Made by a program: the position numbers and the translations under genes | Source: Zancudomyces culisetae HAW-14-8 | Lineage: Eukaryota; Fungi; Kickxellomycota | Direction of reading: 5' to 3' | Length of the DNA: 64,000 bases | Assembly (NCBI GenBank): GCA_052426225.1 | Contig: JBNJNM010000016.1 | Span: 14,117 to 78,116, forward strand | Notes under the pieces: generated by a model | Databases searched by the model: none | Told to the model about the DNA's origin: nothing | Seen by the model: the letters and a program-made list of their open reading frames with translations, nothing else | In this document: positions 51,426-62,969 of the stretch, one piece after another | Layout: each line of letters starts with the position of its first letter | Position numbering within the stretch: the stretch's first letter is position 1

Positions 51426-53318
51426 CTAACTACATCCACATGGTGGTCTGCGTATTGGCCTACATCCGCATGGTGGTCTGCGTATTGGCCTACATCCACA
51501 TGGTGGTCTGCGTATTGGCCTACATCCACATGGTGGTCTGCGTATTGGCCTACATCCGCATGGTGGTCTGCGTATTGGCCTACATCCACATGGTGGTCTG
51601 CGTATTGACCTACATCCACATGGTGGTCTGCGTATTGGCCTACATCCACATGGTGGTCTGCGTATTGGCCTACATCCACATGGTGGTCTGCGTATTGGCC
51701 TACACCCGCATGGTGTCGGTTTTGGTGTTGGTGTCGGTTTTGGTTTTGGTGTTGGTTTTGGTGTTGGTGTTGGTGTTGGTGTTGGTGTTGGTGTTGGTGT
51801 TGGTTTTGGTGTTGGTGTTGGTGTTGGTTTTGGTGTTGGTGTTGGTGTTGGTTTTGGTGTTGGTGTTGGTGTTGGTGTTGGTGTTGGTGTTGGTTTTGGT
51901 GTTGGTGTTGGTGTTGGTTTTGGTGTTGGTGTTGGTGTTGGTTTTGGTGTTGGTGTTGGTGTTGGTTTTGGTGTTGGTGGAATTGTTGACCAAGTTTTTG
52001 GTTTAGCTATTGAGCCACCAACTGGTGAACACGGCTGATATGGTGGTGGTGTTGGTGTTGGTTTTGGTGTTGGTTTTGGTGTTGGTTTTGGTGTTGGTGG
52101 AATTGTTGACCAAGTTTTTGGTTTAGCTATTGAGCCACCAACTGGTGAACACGGCTGATATGGTGGTGGTGTTGGTGTTGGTTTTGGTGTTGGTTTTGGT
52201 GTTGGTGGAATTGTTGACCAAGTTTTTGGTTTAGCTATTGAGCCACCAACTGGTGAACACGGCTGATATGGTGGTGGTGTTGGTGTTGGTTTTGGTGTTG
52301 GTGTTGGTGTTGGTTTTGGTGTTGGTTTTGGTGTTGGTTTTGGTGTTGGTGTTGGTGGAATTGTTGACCAAGTTTTTGGTTTAGCTATTGAGCCACCAAC
52401 TGGTGAACACGGCTGATATGGTGGTGGTGTTGGTGTTGGTTTTGGTGTTGGTTTTGGTGTTGGTTTTGGTGTTGGTGGAATTGTTGACCAAGTTTTTGGT
52501 TTAGCTATTGAGCCACCAACTGGTGAACACGGCTGATATGGTGGTGGTGTTGGTGTTGGTTTTGGTGTTGGTTTTGGTGTTGGTTTTGGTGTTGGTGGAA
52601 TTGTTGACCAAGTTTTTGGTTTAGCTATTGAGCCACCAACTGGTGAACACGGCTGATATGGTGGTGGTGTTGGTGTTGGTTTTGGTGTTGGTTTTGGTGT
52701 TGGTTTTGGTGTTGGTGGAATTGTTGACCAAGTTTTTGGTTTAGCTATTGAGCCACCAACTGGTGAACACGGCTGATATGGTGGTGGTGTTGGTGTTGGT
52801 TTTGGTGTTGGTTTTGGTGTTGGTGGAATTGTTGACCAAGTTTTTGGTTTAGCTATTGAGCCACCAACTGGTGAACACGGCTGATATGGTGGTGGTGTTG
52901 GTGTTGGTTTTGGTGTTGGTTTTGGTGTTGGTTTTGGTGTTGGTGGAATTGTTGACCAAGTTTTTGGTTTAGCTATTGAGCCACCAACTGGTGAACACGG
53001 CTGATATGGTGGTGGAGGTGGTGGAGGTGGTGGCGGACATCGAGGTGGTGGAGGTGGTCGCCTACAACCACAACCCTTGAGGTCTACAGTTCCTAAATTA
53101 TTACTTAGAATATGACTGTTGTTTAGATCTGCTTTATCTTCGCTCTTCTTTTTGATTATTCTGTTGTGTTGTCTATTTGGGGATGCACTTAACCATCTAT
53201 TCTTCAAAGTTAGAATAGAAAACTGCTGTGTTTTTTTCGTTTGCTTATCTACATAATTTTGCGAGTAAGCTGATACAGCTACAAGTGCTGAAAGATATAC
53301 TATACAGATCTTAACCAT
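51426..53318 (-). CDS. Secreted extensin/mucin-like repetitive Pro/Thr/Lys/Cys protein
   Basis: ATG 53318, signal peptide [19 protein letters not shown]; 9x [25 protein letters not shown] separated by (TP/KP)n; long (TP/KP)n stalk; 9x [10 protein letters not shown]. Confidence 0.85.
   Translation of the reverse strand: MVKICIVYLSALVAVSAYSQNYVDKQTKKTQQFSILTLKNRWLSASPNRQHNRIIKKKSEDKADLNNSHILSNNLGTVDLKGCGCRRPPPPPRCPPPPPPPPPPYQPCSPVGGSIAKPKTWSTIPPTPKPTPKPTPKPTPTPPPYQPCSPVGGSIAKPKTWSTIPPTPKPTPKPTPTPPPYQPCSPVGGSIAKPKTWSTIPPTPKPTPKPTPKPTPTPPPYQPCSPVGGSIAKPKTWSTIPPTPKPTPKPTPKPTPTPPPYQPCSPVGGSIAKPKTWSTIPPTPKPTPKPTPKPTPTPPPYQPCSPVGGSIAKPKTWSTIPPTPTPKPTPKPTPKPTPTPTPKPTPTPPPYQPCSPVGGSIAKPKTWSTIPPTPKPTPKPTPTPPPYQPCSPVGGSIAKPKTWSTIPPTPKPTPKPTPKPTPTPPPYQPCSPVGGSIAKPKTWSTIPPTPKPTPTPTPKPTPTPTPKPTPTPTPKPTPTPTPTPTPTPKPTPTPTPKPTPTPTPKPTPTPTPTPTPTPTPKPTPKPKPTPTPKPTPCGCRPIRRPPCGCRPIRRPPCGCRPIRRPPCGCRSIRRPPCGCRPIRRPPCGCRPIRRPPCGCRPIRRPPCGCRPIRRPPCGCRPIRRPPCGCS
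51430..51710. repeat. 30-bp coding tandem repeat (~9 copies)
   Basis: TACATCCACATGGTGGTCTGCGTATTGGCC repeated head-to-tail with a few substitutions. Confidence 0.95.
51711..53010. repeat. Hexamer (GGTGTT/GGTTTT) arrays interleaved with nine near-identical ~70-bp units (period 108-150 bp)
   Basis: Directly visible; encodes TP/KP dipeptides and the [20 protein letters not shown] unit. Confidence 0.95.
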
Positions 53319-54856
53319 TTTTTTTTCAATTTGATATATCAAAGTTCTTTGATTTTATAAATTATTGATGCAACATTTCTATTAAATTTGACAAATACTA
53401 TATTTTACCATTTTTAATTCTTAAAGCAAATGGCTTTCTAAACTCAGTAGTATTGTCATAATTTATACTTTTTTTTATTAATCTTTCAAATCGATTGTTT
53501 AGTATCTACTAAAATCTGAATATTCATTTTTTTGCTAATTGTCATTTATAAATCTAGATGCTTATTATTAGAACACTAATTGAAATATTTAATTGTCTAA
53601 TAAATACATATATTTTATTATTAGAATAATCTAGATTATAAAATTTATTGTATTTATATTTAATTTATTATGTAAGTTGTATTTGGTTAATCCAAGGCTC
53701 TAGTTTTTTATCAATTAGACTTGTGTTTGTATTTATTAATTTAATTATCACTTTAATATAATATATACACTAAGCTCAAAATGATTATTTTAACTTTTCT
53801 CGACTAAGCGCCTAGAACTTTTAAATATATTTATCAGATATATTTTTAATCTTAATAATAGATACTAAAATATACATTCTAGATTTTAATAATACATTTT
53901 TTCATTATCATTTACGTATTTAAGTTTTTCAAAATCAGTTGGAAAAAAATTAATCTTTCAATCGTGAGATCTGGTCTTTTATATATTAAATATTTTCCAT
54001 AATATACAGAGATATTAAGAATTGTCTAAACTAAAGTACAAATAAGCATGAGATTGATTGACTAGAACTATAATTTATCCCATTTGAAAGTTATACCAAT
54101 TACATTAATTTAGTTATAATTAATAGATTATTTATTTATAACGCTTCTAGTATTTGCAAACTTTGTATTAATGGAAATTTGTTTATATTGTTAATTTTTA
54201 TGAAGTGAAATATTTAAAAACATTAGCTTGTCATATAAAAAGAAATTCTTCAATATTTTAATAATGATATAACCACGTTCACCAAAGATTTACTAACTAT
54301 TACGTGTGTGGTTCTAAATAGTCTTTTTGTTAAAAGTTAATTGGTTTAAAAGTGTTATACTTGCTTATTTAAAATGTAGGTTAATAAATGTGAATAAATA
54401 TTTTGGAAAATGCTTTTTATTCTGAAAAATAAGGTGTTAAGAAAAACTCTCACTAAAAAACTTAAGCCTTATATATAAAACTAACTATACTAAATAATAA
54501 TAACTATACTATATAATAAACCTAGAACTAAATAAACTAATATGCTCCGGACTTCTAGAGTATTCAAGGTGAGTTTTAATAATTGAAATGACAACTAAAT
54601 TTCTAGATAAACCTTAAATATCCACTATATGACAAGCTATATTGAACGTTGTTTGTGTTATTGAATATTTCAGGCTTTAGTTAATACTAAGCTGTTTTAT
54701 TCTGATCAGTATAAAATATTAAAATATTATTATCAACCAAGATAAATTGTAACCTAAAACAAATTTATATTATATCTACAATTTATTATGTTCAACGTTA
54801 AAAAATTATTTTAAAATATCACTCGTTTCCAAAATAATCTAGTCTAATAGTACTAT

Positions 54857-55647
54857 TGTCATGTATGCCGGGTACAAGATGTAGATAATCCAATTACTTG
54901 GGAATCTATAAACATTTAAAACAAATGATATTATTATAGAAAATGGAATTCATCTTTATAATAATTTCAATCAAAAAAAATATACAAATTTCCGATCACA
55001 AAATGATGGAAATATACAAGACAAAATACAAGAGAAAAATAATAATATGCAAAAACACCATAAAGAATTTATTAATAACAGTATTTATCAAATATCATAG
55101 GAGTATTAACACGCGTATGGAAAATGAGATATGATATCATTCAGAAAAATTAATGAGATTAAATAATATAAATCGAATAAACAAACAGGCATATAGCACA
55201 GATTAATAAATATTAATTATTATAATTAAAAAAGATAATTAGGAGTTTCTTTAGCTCAGTTAGTAGTTTTTCTATTAACACGTTAAACAGAAAAATAAAA
55301 CAAGTTTGAATAATCAAAAAAGTATTGATTAAATGAAGTTTATTAAATAATAGTATTGAGTATTAATGTGCTAAGGCTAGAAGATAGTTCAAAGTAAAAA
55401 GTTAAAATTATTAAAATCTAAAAGCAATGCCAGGACTCATGAAACAGCTCAGGACAGCAATCATCCTGCAGTTCAGGGATGAAGATCGCTATTCATCAGA
55501 TAGCGACAGATCAAGAGTGTCTTCAATGGATATTGATTCGACCACCTCAAGTGATACATTTCAACATCTAGAAGATGAAATCAGTCAGGAGTTTCTATTC
55601 ATGAAAAACATGACAAAGAAACGTGATCCACCCGGTCACGTGCGACA
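54857..55647 (+). mobile_element. LTR-like element family A, copy 1 (ORF from 55427)
   Basis: TGTCATG...TGCGACA termini; colinear with 55812-56618 across its length; flanks CTAT/ATAC do not match. Confidence 0.75.
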
Positions 55648-55811
55648 ATACCCAATATCTATCTAAGTAAATTAATAAGCACTTTTATAATAAAGTTGAT
55701 TTATATTATCTACTCAGCAATCATACATCACATTTAAAGAACTTTAAAAAAATTGAACAGTTTTGTCGCAACAGAATATATCTACATATAAAGTTATCTA
55801 GTAAAGTGTGG

Positions 55812-56618
55812 TGTCGTGTGTTCTGGGTTGAATTCCAACTTAATCCGATTTCTTGGGAATATACAAATATTCAAAGGAAATTATTCAATTATCTAAAAAT
55901 GAAATGAAATTTATTTAATCATTAATATCAAAAATATGAAGATTATTTCTGATCATAAAATGAAGGAAATAGTCAGATCAAAAATCCAAGAGAAAAATTA
56001 CAAAATGAAATAAGGACATAAAAAGAATTTATTATTATTAGTATATTTAATTAAATTAAAGAGTATTAATCGACTATGGAAAATGAGTCAAACTATGAGG
56101 ACGACCACAAAGCATAATATGAAGGGATAGCGAATATATTAAATATTAATAGGATAAGATTAGTAATAGTTTTAAAATTAGCAATTAACATATATAAAAG
56201 CCAAAGAGATCTCATTAGGAGTCTCTTTAGCTCTTTTAGTAGTTTAAAACATATTCATAACAGTAAGAAATAAAGACATTGAACAAGAAGGATTCTGTTT
56301 AATACAAGTTTATTCAAAAGTAATATAATCATATAATAGTGCTACGGCTAAAAGTTTAAAATAGTAAAAGATAAAAGTTTAAAATTACTAAAATCTCATG
56401 TCAGGTCTTATGGGTCATCTGCGCGCTGCCATCATCCAGAGATTCAAGGATGAGGGGCGGTACTCCTCGGATAGTGATCGTTCCGAAGCTACTTCTATGG
56501 AAATAGAACCGGAAGCGTCACGTGATCCATTCTCTTTTCTTGAAGGAGTGGTTCAAAGAGAGATGGATTCCATGAGAAACCCGACTAAGGAGCGTGGCCA
56601 GTCCAGCCACGTCCGACA
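55812..56618 (+). mobile_element. LTR-like element family A, copy 2 (ORF from 56398)
   Basis: TGTCG...CGACA terminal inverted repeats; 4-bp TSD GTGG on both sides. Confidence 0.85.
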
Positions 56619-56693
56619 GTGGAAAGGTTTATTTATATTGATTTTATTTTTTGGATATTCAAAATTTAATGTTCGTTGGAATTAAGTTCATGT

Positions 56694-57439
56694 TGTCGGG
56701 TGAGGTTGGGTGCAGCCTCATCCTTTGTCGGGTTTTTCAATTGTAAAAAAACATGATCCATAATATCAGCAAATGGGTCACGTGATTCTTTGGGATCCAC
56801 TTCCATAGAAGTGGCTCCCGAACGGTCACTATCAGATGAGTATCTGCCCTCATCTTTTTCTGACTGGATCCATCTGGGTCTAAATTTACTCATGAAGCCT
56901 GACATTCTTTATGTGAGATTTTAATAGTTTATAATATGTCAAAACTTAATATTCATTAACTAGCCGTAGCACTATTCCTAATAAACTTCTTAATTATCCT
57001 AAACCTGGATTTTAATTCTGAATTGATATTTATTTATCTTGCTTTCCTTTTTCTTATTAAAACTATCAAAAGAGCTGAGGAATCCTCATCGAGTCTTCCT
57101 TCGCTTATATATATACTATTTTATTTAACCTAATAAAAGCTAATTCAAATAACCTATGTTTCTACTGTATATACTGAGTTGTATCGTGTGTTATCGTTGT
57201 TACTTCGTTTTCGTTTTCATATTGTTCCTATATTTGAATGTTGATTTCCTATAATCTTTTTAATTGTATTTTTCGTTTTATAATTTTTTTTGTGTTATTA
57301 TATATATTTTCAAAAAATATAATTATCATAGTATTTTCAGTGATCAACTTTTAATAGAATGTTAGTTGATTGTTTATGTAGTAAATTAAATGATTGTTAG
57401 AAAGTGTGAATTCCGATCGACATCGGAATACACACGACA
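56694..57439 (-). mobile_element. LTR-like element family A, copy 3 (ORF from 56905)
   Basis: TGTCG...CGACA termini; 4-bp TSD ATGT on both sides; shares TATA box and GTGCTACGGCTA with copy 2. Confidence 0.85.
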
Positions 57440-58185
57440 ATGTTAAAACAAGTTATAATTAATCGAGAAAAATAATAAATAAATAATGTAATTTCTGTAA
57501 TGTTTTATAGTCACGTTGCTTACTTTCTATATACAAGTTACATGAAAACTAATTTTATAAAATATATATATACTTTTGCTCTTGTATTGAGTTTAATTAT
57601 TATAATATTGTAAAGTATAGTCTCAAATAAAAATAATTAAAATAATAAAATTAACATGAGTTCTCTCTTATCTTGTCCAGTAGCATCCTATATGTGTCAA
57701 ACATACACTCGGGCTTTCGTATAAAATTCACTTTAGGATGGTTGAGAGATGAAATTCATGAAACCAGGGGTGCTCAATGAAGGTATAACTTTTACACTTT
57801 CACATTACCCACTCAATCTAGCTACTCTGGTATAAATTTAAATTTAGAAATAATTAATATTGAAACATCCTCAATTACCTCTGATAGAAATATTACAAAG
57901 CAGTGAATAATTCAGGTATACAATTCGCAAAACCAAAATTAATTATTTTTTTTAATTAAGATTAAAACTTTTAACCAGATATGAGTGAATAGAGTATCCT
58001 GTAAAAAATTATGCTGGTTCAATGAGACTGATAAAAAAATATTATAACGTCAACTAGTTTTGGTTTTAGGGTTTTACATTGTATACTTAAAAATTTGGTT
58101 TAGTAAAGATATTTATTTAGATATTTCTGAATAACCATAAAATAAAGAATATAAACTAATTGATAACAAATTAATATATTTAATC

Positions 58186-58602
58186 TTAATTATTAAACCA
58201 AGCCATTGACTGTGCACCGCCGCTAATGTACATCAAAGTAGAATCAATCTCTTTTTTCTTTGACAAATCCAGCATAATACAATTACTATTGCAATCTTCT
58301 GACCGACAAAACAAAAGGTTACCTCTGTTTCCCGGTACACTATCTATTTTAAAAGATAATATAGGGGTCGTGCGATAACATTGGTTTGGTTTGATATTGC
58401 AGGTACCTCGGGGCAATTTATAGAGGTTAAGATAAAATAGTTGAACTGGTAAAGTTTGATAAACGGAATGCATCTGATTGAATTTGATCTCAGTAACGCC
58501 GTTTACACTAATAGCTTGATTAGATTTGTTCTTAGATTTCTGTACACTGTGACCAAAGGTTGAGCTAAGTGCTAAGATACTGAAAATTGCTGACTTGAAC
58601 AT
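58186..58602 (-). CDS. Small secreted Cys-containing protein (138 aa)
   Basis: Internal ATG 58602 gives signal peptide MFKSAIFSILALSSTFG; five Cys; homologous to the 48384 pseudogene. Confidence 0.75.
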   Translation of the reverse strand: MFKSAIFSILALSSTFGHSVQKSKNKSNQAISVNGVTEIKFNQMHSVYQTLPVQLFYLNLYKLPRGTCNIKPNQCYRTTPILSFKIDSVPGNRGNLLFCRSEDCNSNCIMLDLSKKKEIDSTLMYISGGAQSMAWFNN

Positions 58603-61121
58603 TTTAGGATTATTCTTTCTTTTTTCTATTCTAGTTTGGATTGTTGAATTTAAGAAGATGAGTAGTGAGTTTTTTTTAGAGTGAAAAATATTGCTCCTTA
58701 AATACATTTTACATTGAAATGATTACTCCAATTTCTACCTTATAAAGTTGAGTTGTCATAATATTTAGTTATGGTCCAAGTATGGTAATATTTTTTATTT
58801 TTCTCCTAAATTGTATTTTTGTGTTAGTTTAGAATTTCTTTATTTTTTGTCTAGACTAATGAAAACACTATTTATATTATGAAAAGCTAAAACGTACTAT
58901 ATAGTTTATATTCATATAAATAACAAAATCTTAATTTCTAGATCTTTTCTTAATTGATATTTCCTCTTTTCTTATTTATTGGTCATTTGTCATTTTTAAC
59001 ATTAAAATTATTCCATTGTATGGTTATTGCTTTTCTAGAAATCGATACTTAATTTAATAAAATTATCTCTTTTTTATCCTGCACCGTAGTCTATAATTTA
59101 TAAATTATTAAAAGAGCTATCTAGAAACATCTATAACGAAAATCATTTAGATAGTTCGCTTGTTATTATAATTATACTATAATTTGGTATATATTTAAAT
59201 TGTTCGAGAATTTTTGAAATATTACGAAACTGAAAATAAAATTATAGTTTAATATCTAATCCGCAGAACTTTACCTTTTTGGCTAGCCTTTCATCTAATT
59301 AGAATATTTCTATACATATATTAACTAGATAGGTTATATACTTTATATTTATAAATGATCTGGAATAAAAAAATTTAAACTACAAACTTTAATTTAAGTT
59401 TGCAAACCCCACTATAAATTAAAGCCAATAAAATGATTAAAATCATAATAGGAATGTAGTGCCGCTAGAAGTTACTGCTGTAAAAATAAGTAGAACTAAC
59501 TAAAATATATTTATGAGGAGAATTGAGAGTAGATAGAGAGTAATAACTAAGCACAGCTTTTACTTTTAAAATATTAATTAATAAATTGCCAAAGTGTATA
59601 AATGATGAAAGATTCATTGTTATTTATTTAAATAGTACAATTAATGATTTGTTAAATTATTAAATATCACCATCGTTCTAATAATAGTATTTATTCTAAA
59701 ATTAATATATATTATTTCTAAAATGTTGAAACAAAATACTGTTTAAGATATAATAGTAATTCAAAATTCACCGACTCCATCGAAAAGGTGTGTATAAATA
59801 AAGAATAAATATTATTAGAAAAATAGAATATTAGCATTTTGTACCCTTCCATTAATTTAATTTAGAGTGGTTAATAGAGATTAATACATGTTTAAATAAT
59901 AGTAATAATAATAATATAAACTATAATTTTCACAGTTACTTAACAGATTACTCTAAAATAAAAAGCTTGGTGATATCACTGTTATAGAACCAACAGTAAG
60001 GTATTATACAACAATTGTAGACCTAATATTAGATTTGAGACATTGATAATTGGCAGATTATTTATACACGACTATAACCATTCTCTTACCGCATAACAGG
60101 TTAATCCTAGCACATTAATATATAGAAAATCTATCAACAACCCATGCACTATTATTTATATAATACTTCGATTGTTAAATGTAACACTCTCGGTTAAAAG
60201 TATCTTTAGAAAAAACAATTTTTTACAATAAGATAAATTGATATAAGCTGCTTACCTTTTGCGATTGTGGTTTTGAATTATGTGGATAAAATCTGAATAA
60301 AAAGATCTAAAATATATCTAATATGATAGAAATTTACGTAAATATATTGAAAATCGACCTATATAACACGAATATCATCTATGTATTATAATGGATAGTA
60401 ATTTGTAAAAAGTAAATTCCGTAAAAAGTATTTTTCTCTTTTGGGTATGATAAAATATTTAATTATTATGTCAAATATTAATTGAAACCAAACAATATAG
60501 ATGATATTTAATTAAAGAACTATATTTTAATTAAAACCAACAAACCAGATAATAATACAGTATTCAATGATAATTGTTCAGTATGCTTCATTTAAATATA
60601 AAAATTTTACAAGTTTCAATTTATACTATAGTATATTTTTCTGCTACTAGTTTTATACATTTAACCAATTATTTTAAAATTTTTAAATATAAATTGATCA
60701 AAATAATAGATAGATCTAGAATTTGAACAGTGTGGTTCTTAGTTACATAATTAATTTACAGAAGTTTAATAGAATAAAACATCTTTAAAATTCATAAACT
60801 GGTATCCGCTATTTACTGATGTAATTTTCCATTTTTCTACTGAGTATAGTGTGTATTATGTTGGAATAAGAATTATAAAAATTATGTAATAATTATTTGT
60901 TTTAATGAAATGGATCCTTATTTTAAATTTCAAATGAATGGGCTTAAAATATAATTCTGGTCTGTATATCCTTTAGATAAAATTTAACAGATTATCATAT
61001 AATATTTTTATTTGACAGTCGTTTTAGTAGTGAATAAAATAAAACGCAAATATTTGAATTATAAAGTAATAAGTCGAAAGTTTTTTAATACAGGCATCGG
61101 AAGCAGTATTTTAACAAAGAT

Positions 61122-61958
61122 TCAAAAAATCAACAGAACACTGATTTTTCTTTTGAGAATGTCCATCCACCCTAATCCACAATTGTTCAAATGACAGTAT
61201 CTTTCATATGCAAGTGCATCCCATTTTTCGTCTACACAGATTTTGGTTCTCAAGCGTGTTTGCATTCCGTTGCAGTCACTCACAGTATCGAGTTCAACAC
61301 ATCTCATATAGGTTCTGGCCAAAACTTTTACTGTAACACCAGCCTTAACCCAAGTACATATAGATTCACCTGTTCTCAGATTTGAATCAACATTAAAGCC
61401 AATATACTGACTGATTACACATTAGGCAAATCGTGTCCTGAGTATTTTATTTGATTTCTGTCAAAGTCCTTGTATGAGAATGACCAGTACTTGAACCAGT
61501 GTCATGATCCATTCATGACATTATTGCTATTTTTAATAATTTGGTTTTACCCCATATTATTAAATGTTAACTGCGGAGTTGCAGTTAATATTATTTAGTT
61601 TAAGTTATAGTTTAAGTATAGTTTTAGAATGTTTTACAATTAATTTTGTATATTGTAAAACTATATAAGGACAAGGATTTTATTGCTTTAGGAAACTTTA
61701 GCAATAAAATACTTTTCATCTCATAGTATTTTATTAAATAAATCATAGCCAAGTAAACATATAGTACTTAGTGTCAAGTCGTGACAACCAGTCTCCCGCA
61801 TTCATAGGTATTTCACCGCTCAGATCTCTCCAATACGTATGTTCCGTACAAGGGTATGCGTTGGTGACTGTAACCTTACATGCTAGGTCTTTCTGAAAAT
61901 CTGACGATGCTAGGATGAATTGCAATAACGCAATCAAAATCAATAGCTTTTTAAACAT
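61122..61958 (-). pseudogene. Secreted Cys-rich protein gene split by a solo LTR
   Basis: Removing the LTR and one TSD joins MFKKLLIL...MNAGDW in frame to FKYWSFSYKDFDRNQIKYSGHDLPNV. After one frameshift (~61418) it continues ISQYIGFNVDS...ARTYMRC...YCHLNNCG. Confidence 0.8.
61500..61786 (+). mobile_element. Solo LTR, family B (Ty3/Gypsy), 287 bp
   Basis: TGTCA...TGACA termini; perfect 5-bp TSD ACCAG; similar to the LTR at 62725-62938. Confidence 0.9.
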
Positions 61959-62114
61959 GGTAAAAACTAATTTAGGTTCTACAATTTTTAATTTTTCAAC
62001 TATTAATTATCTGACAACCTTAGATCGATAGTTGATACTTTGATGTTTATTATTTTTACTTTGAAAAACAGAAATAATTATAATATAAGTCAATCTTATA
62101 GGAACGTATAAATA

Positions 62115-62724
62115 CAGTGAGTTTCAAAAATGTCTCAAATATTGAAAATAATTTTCAAAGTGTAATATCTCGCTCAATAATATCCAGAAATTATATGTAT
62201 TTTATATTATAAAATGCACAAATGTTATATTCAGATTAATATAAACTGTATTTTTATTGGTTAAAAATTCATTATGAAATTGTAAATTGAAAAAATTTTA
62301 AAAATGAGACAATTTTGGGAATTTTTCAAAAAAAAAATTTAAACTATCATAACTTTATATATACTAATCTTAATTTTTAAAACTTTTACATACAAATTAA
62401 ATAAATTTATTAAACTAATTAAAAATTATACAATTTAAAAAATGATATCTGAACAACATAAACTGGATATTAAAAACGCGTTACTTGAAGGCAGAAGCAT
62501 TGACCAAATCATTATAGAAAATGGAGTTAGTAATGCAACAATATACAGAATAAAAGCAGCAATGAATATCAATTTACCGGCTAATAAACGCGGTTGTCCA
62601 GCGAAGCTTTCACTCCAAAGCAAGCATATCTGTACTAGGGTGATATTATCTGGAGCGTATCGATCTGCTACTTCGGTACAAAAGAAGTTAGAAATGGATA
62701 ATATTGTTAATGCTAGTAAGTCTA
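62115..62724 (+). mobile_element. Left part of a Tc1/mariner transposon (transposase N-terminus from 62442), interrupted by a Gypsy element
   Basis: TA|CAGTG terminus at 62113-62119; HTH (GVSNATIYRI), GRP-like GCPAKLS and second HTH; frame runs into the LTR at 62725. Confidence 0.8.
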
Positions 62725-62938
62725 TATCAAGGCTATGGCTCCAGGTACGTTAATCGATCTATGATTTATTTATTATTACTATTTTATTGCTAAAGATTCA
62801 AAAGCAATAAAATGATTAATATCTAAATAAATGAGTTTTGCATGAAAAGTTTTACAAAAAATTTTAGAAAAAATTTTTGAATAAAATTTAACCAATGAAA
62901 TTCTTAAATTTTATTCATGGCATGATTGGTTCATGACA
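62725..62938 (-). mobile_element. 3' LTR of Ty3/Gypsy chromovirus (~214 bp)
   Basis: Begins TGTCATGA right after the G-rich putative PPT GGCTGGGGTAA downstream of the integrase; shares blocks with family B solo LTRs. Confidence 0.75.
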
Positions 62939-62969
62939 TTACCCCAGCCTTAGAGCAGCCATATGTCTT

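Noticed and set aside
51430-53010. Regular repeats resembling a CRISPR array or telomeric repeat
   Set aside because: No unique spacers; all unit lengths are multiples of 3 inside a signal-peptide ORF in a eukaryote. The (VL)n, (TN)n and DVGQYADHH ORFs are alternative frames of the same repeats
44027-55651. Inversion by recombination between inverted family A copies (outer flanks both ATAC)
   Set aside because: Predicted inner flanks are GTAT and GTAT; observed CTAT and TTGG, so support is insufficient
55427-56905. Three small host genes forming a novel protein family
   Set aside because: Similarity ends at the CGACA terminus, and TSDs flank two of the units, so they are parts of mobile elements
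59960-60115. Possible decayed FAR1/MULE-like fragment (C...W.II...NH)
   Set aside because: Requires several frameshifts; too degraded to support
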